From a virus: a stretch of 64,000 nucleotides of DNA. The translations under genes were made by a program, and so were the position numbers. Shown here piece after piece: positions 17,462 to 24,940 of the stretch. The notes below the pieces were generated by a model. The model made no database searches and had not been told where the DNA came from. It saw only the letters and a program-made list of their open reading frames with translations. Positions within the stretch are counted from its first letter, which is position 1. Every line of letters begins with the position of its first letter. The stretch lies in IMG/VR virus record IMGVR_UViG_3300029922_000004. One strand, given 5' to 3'.

Positions 17462-17815
17462 CTAGCAAAGATATTTGTTTTTGTCAAGGGTAAAATGAAT
17501 ATCATTTCGCTCATTAAGCCAGCAACTTTTCACGGTCGCCACGTCAAAATCAGGGAGCAAAGCAATCGCAATATCAAACCGCGAATCATAACCAATTCTA
17601 ATAACGATTTTGATTATTAAACCGGCGGGATTGGTTTCAACTTCAATAATGTTGGCGCGTGTGACTTCGACAACAAACGGCGGCTTTGAAATTATCCCAT
17701 ACCTGTCATTGATGCACGAAAGTTTTGCATGGTGGGAATATGTTAGGCGATACTTGCGCCCGAAAAAGTATTCCGCCGCTTTCGGCAAACCCAGTTGGCT
17801 ATGATATAATGCCAT
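17462..17815 (-). CDS. conserved phage hypothetical protein
   Basis: LTYSHHAK..DRYG..VKSCWLNERNDIHFTLD; own promoter. Confidence 0.75.
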   Translation of the reverse strand: MALYHSQLGLPKAAEYFFGRKYRLTYSHHAKLSCINDRYGIISKPPFVVEVTRANIIEVETNPAGLIIKIVIRIGYDSRFDIAIALLPDFDVATVKSCWLNERNDIHFTLDKNKYLC

Positions 17816-17920
17816 GAGGAAACACTAGCAGAACCGGGGAAAGAGTAAAGGAGTTTTTTAAGTTATTGTTATTTATTATCTTGACAAGGGGATAAGATTA
17901 TGGTAAGGATGAAAACTTCG

Positions 17921-17984
17921 TAAGTCGTTGATTCTAAAGGGTTTATGCGCTCCGGCGGGCAAGTGGTTGATAATCAAGGGGATA
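17921..17984. repeat. 64-bp element copy 8 (core B)
   Basis: Core tgcgctccggcggg. Confidence 0.9.
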
Positions 17985-18089
17985 TGAGATTGGCCGCGCC
18001 AGCGAACTTTCGTCCCCTTATTTATAACAACCGTTATCTTTGTGAAGTTTGGCCAAACAAGTCACAACATTACGGTCGGCGCGTTAAAT

Positions 18090-18165
18090 TGGTAACGGGT
18101 GGCCGAATCGAACGACCGAACTTTGCGTTATGAGCGCAACGAGATAACCACTTCTCCAACCCGTA
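18090..18165 (-). tRNA. tRNA-Met(CAU), initiator-type scaffold, encoded CCA
   Basis: UACGGGU UG GAG AAGUGGUUAU CUC G UUGCG CUCAUAA CGCAA AGUUC GGUCG UUCGAUU CGGCC ACCCGUU ACCA; 76 nt; 1:72 mismatch and A11-U24 as in fMet. Confidence 0.9.
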
Positions 18166-18169
18166 AAAT

Positions 18170-18236
18170 TCTAGTCTGTTACTCCGTTGTGCGTTTCGCG
18201 CAAGCGCGGACTAGCAACCCCGATTCACAGACAAGA
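18170..18236 (-). ncRNA. candidate structured RNA between the cloverleaf and tRNA-Met
   Basis: UCUUGUCUGU/ACAGACUAGA closing stem, UCCG/CGGA, UGCG-CGAAA-CGCA hairpin. Confidence 0.4.
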
Positions 18237-18246
18237 TTCTAAAATT

Positions 18247-18320
18247 TGGTGGACGTATCGTGCCGCCTACGCCGGATTTTTACCGGAGGTCAAAGGGACT
18301 TATTCCAGTAACCTAACACT
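18247..18320 (-). ncRNA. 74-nt degenerate cloverleaf ending in CCA
   Basis: Promoter TTGACA-17-TAAAGT; stems UGGA/UCCA, GUC/GAC, CCGG/CCGG, CGUA/UACG. Confidence 0.45.
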
Positions 18321-18618
18321 CTTAAAACTTTACACTATTTCTCAACTATTGTCAAGATAAAAAACATGGCGTATTATCGTTTTATATCACCGCGCCTACG
18401 GATTGCTGAAACGCATTACGGGTAATCCCATGCTCGAACTCGTGTCCCCGCTTTCTTTTCATCAGATAATTGTCAACTAATCGTTCGTTCCTACTAGAAT
18501 CGCTAACAACAAAGATATATTAGCAGATTGCCGCGAATACGCAAGGGAAAAACCTCACTATTTACGCTAAAAACTTCTTGACATTCTCCCGCGTTTGTGG
18601 TATAGGAGCAAAATCGCA

Positions 18619-18683
18619 TAACATGTTGTATTTCAAGGACTTACAGGCTCCCCCCGCGCAACCCATTGGTAATCAACGGGTTA
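18619..18683. repeat. element copy 9 (core B, 15-bp core)
   Basis: Core caggctccccccgcg. Confidence 0.9.
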
Positions 18684-18692
18684 CGCTGGCAA

Positions 18693-18908
18693 TTATTCGT
18701 TGAGATAATCGTCGGCTTCGCGGTCGTTGTAATCCTGCAAATCGTCTTCGCCGCTGCCCGCGCCGGAATAGTCGAGTTCGTGACGGTCTTCCCATGACGC
18801 ATCAAGATAGGCGTCTTCCGCGAACTCGGTTGTAAAATCCGGTGTTGACATTTGCGTCAGTGGCGTGATTTCAGACTCGCTCGGCAGATTCGTGAATTGG
18901 TTACTCAT
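18693..18908 (-). CDS. small acidic protein
   Basis: D/E-rich (EDAYLDASWEDRHE..EDDLQDYN); could be a DNA mimic (inference). Confidence 0.7.
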   Translation of the reverse strand: MSNQFTNLPSESEITPLTQMSTPDFTTEFAEDAYLDASWEDRHELDYSGAGSGEDDLQDYNDREADDYLNE

Positions 18909-18964
18909 ATGCGAATACAATATCAGAGTTGGAAATTTTGTCAAGAACTATTTTAACATTTTGC

Positions 18965-19028
18965 TAACTCGTTGAATATCAAGCGGTTATGCGCCGGGGC
19001 GCGTAAGCCGTTGTGGTTAAACAACTTA
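18965..19028. repeat. 64-bp element copy 10
   Basis: Core tgcgccggggcgcg. Confidence 0.9.
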
Positions 19029-19040
19029 CGCGGATTTGAT

Positions 19041-19259
19041 TTACGAAACTTTCACCGCTGCCGATTTAATTTCCGAAACATAAACGTCGCCCATTTCCGT
19101 GCAAAACGGTGAGGTTACGCTGCAAAACCATCTTGCGAACGGCTTATTGTCGTCCACTTGCCATTTCTTCAAGACTTTCCACGTCCAGCTTCCATCCAGC
19201 GTTCGCCAGACTTCGTAAGGGTTGGAAACCGGACGAGTTTTTGCACATTCATTTTTCAT
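19041..19259 (-). CDS. conserved phage hypothetical protein
   Basis: WTWKVLKKWQ..ARWFCSVTSPF.EMGDVYV; leaderless promoter. Confidence 0.8.
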   Translation of the reverse strand: MKNECAKTRPVSNPYEVWRTLDGSWTWKVLKKWQVDDNKPFARWFCSVTSPFCTEMGDVYVSEIKSAAVKVS

Positions 19260-19290
19260 GGTTGTATATTAGCAGAGTTGGGGTTGACTG

Positions 19291-19467
19291 TCAAGAGAAA
19301 ATTTGCTGCGTCCAAACAATGTCGCCATTGCAGAAAATTGTCACGGGGACTTTGCGGGCAACCATTGCATGAGCAAAACGCATCGCATCATCCAAACTGT
19401 CACGCGCGGACGGCGCGGGAAAGTGCATTGTGAAGTTCGGCGTTTTGGCGGTGTAAATCTTTTTCAT
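19291..19467 (-). CDS. hypothetical protein
   Basis: TTGACT-17-TATTCT-6-ATG. Confidence 0.65.
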   Translation of the reverse strand: MKKIYTAKTPNFTMHFPAPSARDSLDDAMRFAHAMVARKVPVTIFCNGDIVWTQQIFS

Positions 19468-19498
19468 GGTTAAAGAATAGCAGGGTGAAAGGGAAAAG

Positions 19499-19636
19499 TC
19501 AAGATAAAAGTTGCTCAATTTCAGTCCACCCCATAGAGCGCAATTCGTTGACAATCGCGGTGTCAGTTGGGGGAATGTTTTGAGCCATCAGTCTTGCGAC
19601 GATTGCCCGAATAATGTCAGCGCCATAAGTAATCAT
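19499..19636 (-). CDS. hypothetical protein
   Basis: 45 aa; TTGACT-16-TAGACT-6-ATG. Confidence 0.6.
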   Translation of the reverse strand: MITYGADIIRAIVARLMAQNIPPTDTAIVNELRSMGWTEIEQLLS

Positions 19637-19732
19637 TCGATAAGTCTATACTATTCCCGCCAATAGTCAAGGGATTTTATTTTTATTCATTATTTACTTG
19701 ACAAGGCGCGGGGATTATAGGCCGCGATGTTG

Positions 19733-19796
19733 TAAGTCATTGAATATCAACACGTTACAGGCTCGGGCGCGTAAACCCTTGGTAATCAAGAGGTTA
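19733..19796. repeat. 64-bp element copy 11 (core B)
   Basis: Core caggctcgggcgcg. Confidence 0.9.
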
Positions 19797-19806
19797 CGCT
19801 AACCGT

Positions 19807-20370
19807 TCAAAACTCGTTTGCTAGGTCGTTAAACTTTTGCACGTTATCCGCGCCGATTAACGCGGCGAGCTTGTGATACAGTCCGCCGCAATGGTCGTAA
19901 ATGTTTTTCGCTTTGATACTATCGGCGTCATAGTCGAAATTTGCAGCCCAATTTTCAAAACTTTCATCATGCGCGGCCAAGGCATCACGGCAATAAGACG
20001 CCAAAACTTCGTAAGACTTCGGCGTGACCTTTTGATTTTTCGCAAGTTGCGCGGCGGTGCTGGCGTGAAGTTGTTTGTTTTTGAATGACACGCTAGAATT
20101 GCGCTGGACGGCATAAACAACGTTCTCTTGGTCGGCGGATAAGTGATGAACAAAAGAGCTTGGCGTTTTGATTTTCCAATCCACATGACCCACGCCTAAA
20201 CGATACTCCAAAGACAACGGCGAATTTTGCCGCCCTGAAAATATCAAATGGAAAAGAATATGCGGCCAATCCCCTTGCACGTCACCCAAAGGCACGGAGA
20301 TGGACACGGTTAAATTTAGGGTTTCAAAAAGCTCTTTGGCTTTCTGGTTTGCGAGTTCGTAATCTTTCAT
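19807..20370 (-). CDS. conserved phage hypothetical protein
   Basis: YEVLASYCRDA..SFENWAANFDYDADSIKA motif; leaderless promoter. Confidence 0.8.
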   Translation of the reverse strand: MKDYELANQKAKELFETLNLTVSISVPLGDVQGDWPHILFHLIFSGRQNSPLSLEYRLGVGHVDWKIKTPSSFVHHLSADQENVVYAVQRNSSVSFKNKQLHASTAAQLAKNQKVTPKSYEVLASYCRDALAAHDESFENWAANFDYDADSIKAKNIYDHCGGLYHKLAALIGADNVQKFNDLANEF

Positions 20371-20477
20371 GCGAATAGAGTAGCAGAATTGCGGATAGAG
20401 TCAAGAGAATAAATCGTCGTTTTGGAGTATTTTTTCCTTGACTTTTGCTATATTCTCTGCTATAGGAAACATCGTTG

Positions 20478-20541
20478 TAAGCCGTTGATTTGCAAGGGTT
20501 TGCGGGGTCCGGCGCGGAAGTCGTTGAATATCAAGGGGTTA
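20478..20541. repeat. 64-bp element copy 12 (core B)
   Basis: Core cggggtccggcgcg; terminal TTA is the stop of the adjacent gene. Confidence 0.9.
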
Positions 20542-20712
20542 TGAATCTGATTGATGCAAGACTCCATCACGGGCGCTCGTGCTTAAGCGATAAACTTTTT
20601 TGCCGTTGGTTTGAAAAGTGTGGATTGTCACCCTGCCGTTGAGTTGGTCAACCTGAATAATGAGAGTGCCGAGTTCGGTTTTGATTTCAATAGGTGACTG
20701 GATTGTTATCAT
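20539..20712 (-). CDS. hypothetical protein
   Basis: 57 aa; stop lies in the element. Confidence 0.55.
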   Translation of the reverse strand: MITIQSPIEIKTELGTLIIQVDQLNGRVTIHTFQTNGKKVYRLSTSARDGVLHQSDS

Positions 20713-20713
20713 A

Positions 20714-20887
20714 TTATTCCATCACTCCTTTGATTGCTTCCCGCGCGGCACTCGCTGGTGTTGCACCGTCATCATACAAATCCCGATAGCAAATGTCCGG
20801 CAAATCCGCCGATGATAAACCGATGCTGTTTTCAATCACGCGGTCAACCGCGTCCATCCATTTGTCGAAGGTGTTATATTTTTGCAT
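20714..20887 (-). CDS. conserved small phage protein
   Basis: FDKWMDAVD..GLSSADLPDICYRDLYDDG; leaderless promoter. Confidence 0.7.
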   Translation of the reverse strand: MQKYNTFDKWMDAVDRVIENSIGLSSADLPDICYRDLYDDGATPASAAREAIKGVME

Positions 20888-20917
20888 AAAGTAAGATTAG
20901 CAGATTTCGCGGGAATG

Positions 20918-21082
20918 TCAAGGATTAAATCGCGCCAAAATCGCTTCGACATCAGCTTTCGACAAGTAACAAAGGCTGGTTTCGCTGTCAAATTCCAAGC
21001 GAACATCGCCGTCCTTGTCCGGCAAACTCACTTTGGTTTTCGGCAACTTGCCGACGGTGATTATGTGGGGCTTTTCATTCAT
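20918..21082 (-). CDS. hypothetical protein
   Basis: TTGACA-17-TATACT-6-ATG. Confidence 0.65.
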   Translation of the reverse strand: MNEKPHIITVGKLPKTKVSLPDKDGDVRLEFDSETSLCYLSKADVEAILARFNP

Positions 21083-21103
21083 GCGCGAAGTATAGTTGAA
21101 AGA

Positions 21104-21277
21104 TTAGAGAATGTCAAGGGTTAATTGTGAAGCATAAAAGTCAGCAATTCCGCCGTCATCGTCAAATTTTATCCAAACGACGTTAAAACCTTCCTCCAAG
21201 TCCACAACGACACCTTTGATTGTATCTTTGATTCCCACTGGTGCAATTACTCGGTCCCCAATCTTAAATTTTTTCAT
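21104..21277 (-). CDS. small SH3-like protein
   Basis: FKIGDRV..GVVVD..VWIKFD; TTGACA-17-TATATT-6-ATG. Confidence 0.7.
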   Translation of the reverse strand: MKKFKIGDRVIAPVGIKDTIKGVVVDLEEGFNVVWIKFDDDGGIADFYASQLTLDIL

Positions 21278-21313
21278 GGCTTAAATATAGTTTATTTTGA
21301 TTGATTTGTCAAG

Positions 21314-21436
21314 ACTTTTTCGCAACTTTTCTTAAATAGGGCTAAATAGTGTTTTACCCAACTTTTCGCCACTTTTCTCAAATAGTCGTAAATAGCGCAA
21401 GTTTTCCCAAGTTTTCTCAAATAGGGTCAAATAGTA
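21314..21436. repeat. three phased repeats TTTTC-N5-TTTTC-N2-AAATAG-N4-AAATAG
   Basis: Copies at about 21314, 21361 and 21400; sub-motifs spaced 10 bp apart. Confidence 0.8.
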
Positions 21437-21504
21437 AAATCCGCGCTCACGCCAGTTTCGCCCGATTCCGCCGCCTGACGTTATCGTTAAAGCCGGGGTT
21501 TTCG

Positions 21505-21605
21505 TAACCTGCTCTGACTCAACGGGTTACACGCGCCTCCCAGCGTTATCGTTAAAGTGTCCCGTTTCGGGACAGATTTGTAAGTTGTTGGTTTTCATCA
21601 TGTTA
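21505..21605. repeat. split variant of the element (two 25-bp arms whose starts are 76 bp apart)
   Basis: Arms 21505-21529 and 21581-21605, with CGTTATCGTTAAAG repeats and a TGTCCC/GGGACA hairpin nearby. Confidence 0.65.
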
Positions 21606-21742
21606 TGCGCGGCTAGTTCGCGGCTAGGGCTTGGAGTATTTTCCAGTTCGCGTGTGTTTTCTGGCGGATAAAAGCGCGGACTGCTTTGCGGAGTTTGCGG
21701 TTTATTTTCATAAGGTGTTCAATTTCAAGGGTTTGTGTGCGG

Positions 21743-21940
21743 CTAGTAGTCGTGGTGCGCGGGTTCGTTTTCGTTTAACTGGTTGCGATATTCACAAGCT
21801 GCGTCGTAGTCGCGGAAAACAAGCGGCGCATCTTTGCCGTCGCGCTCGTTGTCATAGACTGGGCGATTCGTCCGGCGGTCTATGATTTGCCAAGCGTCAA
21901 CCCGTGGATTGATTTGTTTTAGATAGTAGTTGTTTTTCAT
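21743..21940 (-). CDS. hypothetical protein
   Basis: CACTTATG start context. Confidence 0.65.
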   Translation of the reverse strand: MKNNYYLKQINPRVDAWQIIDRRTNRPVYDNERDGKDAPLVFRDYDAACEYRNQLNENEPAHHDY

Positions 21941-21951
21941 AAGTGCCTCAT

Positions 21952-22125
21952 TTATAGGGGTTTGGCGGCGGTTACTTGGCGCGGGTGATATATGCGAGCC
22001 ATTTTCGCAAGATGTCTTGCGGCGTGTCGGTAGGCTTTCGCCTTGTCTGGCGTGTCCATTCGGCGATGGAAGTTTGCAAGCCAGCGAAAATGTTTGATTG
22101 TTGTTAGTAAAGCGTCTTTATTCAT
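21952..22125 (-). CDS. small basic protein
   Basis: CCACTTATG start after a CA-rich leader. Confidence 0.6.
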   Translation of the reverse strand: MNKDALLTTIKHFRWLANFHRRMDTPDKAKAYRHAARHLAKMARIYHPRQVTAAKPL

Positions 22126-22156
22126 AAGTGGTTGTTGTTGTGGTGGTTGGTTGCGG

Positions 22157-22348
22157 TTACTTGGTGCAATCCCAAAGCGGTTTGAAGTTCGGCAATCCGC
22201 AAGCGGTGAAAAACTTTGCGGGGTCAAAGTCTGTGTTTTGCTTGGCTAGTTTGGCGGCGTTAAGCTCGGCCATTAGGCCGCGTTCGTGTTTGTTTTCAAT
22301 GCGGGCGATAACGTCCGCGATTTGCTGAAAGTGTTTGCGTGTTTGCAT
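22157..22348 (-). CDS. conserved small phage protein
   Basis: TRKHFQQIADVI..NTDFDPAKFFTACG. Confidence 0.75.
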   Translation of the reverse strand: MQTRKHFQQIADVIARIENKHERGLMAELNAAKLAKQNTDFDPAKFFTACGLPNFKPLWDCTK

Positions 22349-22379
22349 AAGTGGTTAATTTTGTGGCGGTTGTGTGCGG

Positions 22380-22688
22380 CTAGTTGGCGGGCTGTTCGTG
22401 TTGTTCTATGATGTCGAGCGCGTCAATCGGCGGCGCAATCTCGGCGTGAATGGTTGCGAGTAGTCCGGCAAGGTTTCCGCGTATGCGGGCGATTGATAGT
22501 TTTTCCGCAAGTTCGGTTGCGTCAATGCGGTTGTTTATCGGCTGGCGTAGGTTGTGCGCGGTTAGCTTGGCGTGATTGATACTGGGTGCGGGCGCGTCCT
22601 GCATAGCTTCCGGCGTCGTTTCTTCCGTCGTGGCTTGTGCTAGGCGGCTGATTGCGTCTTGGGCGTCTATTGATTGGAATTGATTCAT
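22380..22688 (-). CDS. hypothetical protein
   Basis: ATG22688 after a CA-rich leader. Confidence 0.6.
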   Translation of the reverse strand: MNQFQSIDAQDAISRLAQATTEETTPEAMQDAPAPSINHAKLTAHNLRQPINNRIDATELAEKLSIARIRGNLAGLLATIHAEIAPPIDALDIIEQHEQPAN

Positions 22689-22728
22689 AGTTTTCGTTAG
22701 TTGTTGGTTTTGTGGTGGTTGGGTGCGG

Positions 22729-23043
22729 TTAGTTGCAAAGTGATTCAAAGGCGTGCTTCTGAACATAATCGGCGCGAAAGTCCAGCTCGTTCAAAATCTC
22801 AAGCTCGTCGTCCGTCATGGCGCGTTCGTCGATGTCTGCGCTTTCAATGTACGCGTCGCAAAAATCGGGATAGTCGCGGCTGTCAACGTCGGCGAGCTGT
22901 ACGTTTGATATTTTGCCGGTCTTGGCAGCTGTTTCAACGGCGTGTTGCAATTCGGCGCGGGCGTCGGCTTGCTGTTCGCGGATTAAATCCATGTTCGCCG
23001 GAATGATTTTGATGTTGAATTGTTCGGGGTTGTTTGTTCTCAT
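22729..23043 (-). CDS. conserved acidic phage protein
   Basis: DVDSRDYPDFCDAYIESADID..MTDDELEILNE. Confidence 0.75.
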   Translation of the reverse strand: MRTNNPEQFNIKIIPANMDLIREQQADARAELQHAVETAAKTGKISNVQLADVDSRDYPDFCDAYIESADIDERAMTDDELEILNELDFRADYVQKHAFESLCN

Positions 23044-23079
23044 AAGTGGCTGGATGTTAATGGGTTAGGTGTTGGTGTC

Positions 23080-23244
23080 TTATTCTTGGACAGTGTTATC
23101 GTTGTCATGTTCGTTTTGTTCACGCTGCGCGGTTTGCTGTTCCGCCATTTGCGCGTTGCAATCGTCGTTATGGTCGTGCATTTTTTGGCGCGGTTTAATG
23201 GGCGTTATGTTGTAACCATCCGGCATGTTAAAGTTTTTTGTCAT
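23080..23244 (-). CDS. first gene of the leftward operon, hypothetical
   Basis: 54 aa; promoter TTGACG-16-TATCTT upstream. Confidence 0.5.
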   Translation of the reverse strand: MTKNFNMPDGYNITPIKPRQKMHDHNDDCNAQMAEQQTAQREQNEHDNDNTVQE

Positions 23245-23551
23245 ATTGTTTTCAGTGTTAAATTGTTAATCGTTACGCCCTAAAGATAATTCATACAGGG
23301 CAGGCGTCAAGAGAAAATCGTGTTTTTTATGAAGATTTATTTTCATTATTTACTTGACAAAGCCAAGCCGTATCACCCTTTTTTGAAAGAAATTTTTGCT
23401 CAAAATCGCGTATAAAACCGCTGGGTGGGGGTCTTCATTCTCCCCATAAACATTGAGCCAAACTAATAAACCACGAGGTTAAAAATCCGCCGGGGCTAAA
23501 TATTTTTCAAAGTATTTTCATTAATTGGTCATACCTAGTGTATAATATGGT

Positions 23552-24079
23552 ATGGAACAGTTATTGTTATTTAAAGAATGCGGTGAGTGTAGTAAAAAGA
23601 AACATAATAAAATCATTAAATTCCCTCATTGGATTTATTGGAAACACGATGAATGTGAAGGATGTAATCTAGTCTTAAGCATTAAAACCCTTAGTCAAAT
23701 ACATTCCTTTTTGCGGCAACGAGAATGGGACAGAGCTAAACTAAAGCGGTCTCCAATATTAAGATTGAAGCAAAACTTACGTAATCGGGTAAGAAAGATA
23801 TTAAAAACAACAAATCAACCTAAATTCAACATCAGTAAGTCAAAATTAACAGGATGTACCAATTTATTCCTTAAACAGCATCTTGAACCACAGTTTAAAG
23901 AGGGAATGACTTGGCAAAATTACGGTTCTGGAAACGATGAATGGAATGTTGACCATATTAAGCCCATGAGTAGATTTGATTTGTCTAAATTAGAAGATTT
24001 AAAACTTGTAAATCACTATACTAATCTACAACCAATGTGGGCAGAAGATAACGGTAGAAAAGGTGATAAATATGAGTAA
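23552..24079 (+). CDS. HNH/endonuclease VII-like endonuclease
   Basis: MTWQNYG..WNVDHIKPMSRFD..NHYTNLQPMW..NGRKG. Confidence 0.8.
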   Translation: MEQLLLFKECGECSKKKHNKIIKFPHWIYWKHDECEGCNLVLSIKTLSQIHSFLRQREWDRAKLKRSPILRLKQNLRNRVRKILKTTNQPKFNISKSKLTGCTNLFLKQHLEPQFKEGMTWQNYGSGNDEWNVDHIKPMSRFDLSKLEDLKLVNHYTNLQPMWAEDNGRKGDKYE

Positions 24080-24665
24080 AAAACAACAAATTAAAGAAAT
24101 AGTCTTATTTAAGACCTGCACCTCTTGTCTTATAGAGAAGCCTTATCAAGAGTTTAGAAATCAATCTAACACTAAAGACGGATTAACGTCTTATTGTCAA
24201 AAATGTATCCAAGACAAACGCAAAGTAAAATACGCCCAAGACCAAAATTACAAAGAGAAATGCGTCAAACAAGTAAAAGCATGGCAGTCTAAAAATCGAC
24301 CACACATGAAATCACAACAAAAACAATATTCTCAAAATAATCCTTGGGCCAGACTATCTGGTTCTTTAACTAAACGATTAAAACGTAAAACAGGTCTCAT
24401 CAGCAAAGTCCAATTGAAGCCCGCCGAATTCAAGGCCTACATCGAATCCTTATGGTTACCGGATATGACTTGGGAAAACTACGGTAAGCTATGGGAGGTT
24501 GTAAGAATAAAAGCGATTATTGAATTTGACCTGCATAATCCCGCCGAGGTTGTTAAAATTAACCATTATACTAATCTCACCCCCGATTACAAAGCCAACA
24601 GATTTGAAAAACAAAGAAAAAATAAAACCAATTCTCGACTTTTAAAATTACCCAAGATTATTTGA
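24063..24665 (+). CDS. HNH-like paralogue with a degenerate catalytic motif
   Basis: CTSC..CQKC zinc finger; MTWENYGKLWEVVRIKAI replaces WHxDHIKP. Confidence 0.7.
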   Translation: MINMSKKQQIKEIVLFKTCTSCLIEKPYQEFRNQSNTKDGLTSYCQKCIQDKRKVKYAQDQNYKEKCVKQVKAWQSKNRPHMKSQQKQYSQNNPWARLSGSLTKRLKRKTGLISKVQLKPAEFKAYIESLWLPDMTWENYGKLWEVVRIKAIIEFDLHNPAEVVKINHYTNLTPDYKANRFEKQRKNKTNSRLLKLPKII

Positions 24666-24940
24666 ATATCATACTACTAATAGTGGTATCTTATTTTTTG
24701 TGTCAATAGGTTGTATAAATCAAATCATTCAGGTCAAAAAATGGACGAGCCTAAAAATCTTTGAAAGTAAAGTGTCTCAAAATAAGACAAATTAACCAAA
24801 TTTAAGTAAAGATAAAAAAATTGTATTTTCCTATATGCTCTTCTATCTCTCTAAGGATGATTAAGGTAAAAATTGGCCGGAGGGTTTTAGATTTGTAAGC
24901 ATTTTTACGTAAGAAAGTCTAATAAATCAATATAATAAAT

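Noticed and set aside
18451-18465. Hammerhead ribozyme (CUGAUGA...GAAA on the - strand)
   Set aside because: Only AAA lies between the motifs (no stem II), and I could not find stem III with a UH cleavage site
11466-20541. CRISPR array or mini-array
   Set aside because: The repeats are degenerate and separated by 300-1600 bp of genes rather than 30-40-bp spacers; no cas genes in the window
11466-20541. Classical integron attC array
   Set aside because: Position after stop codons and TAAC/GTTA ends are reminiscent, but the two arms do not form one long bottom-strand hairpin with extrahelical bases, the core occurs in both orientations, the genes have their own promoters, and no IntI is in the window; kept only as an analogy
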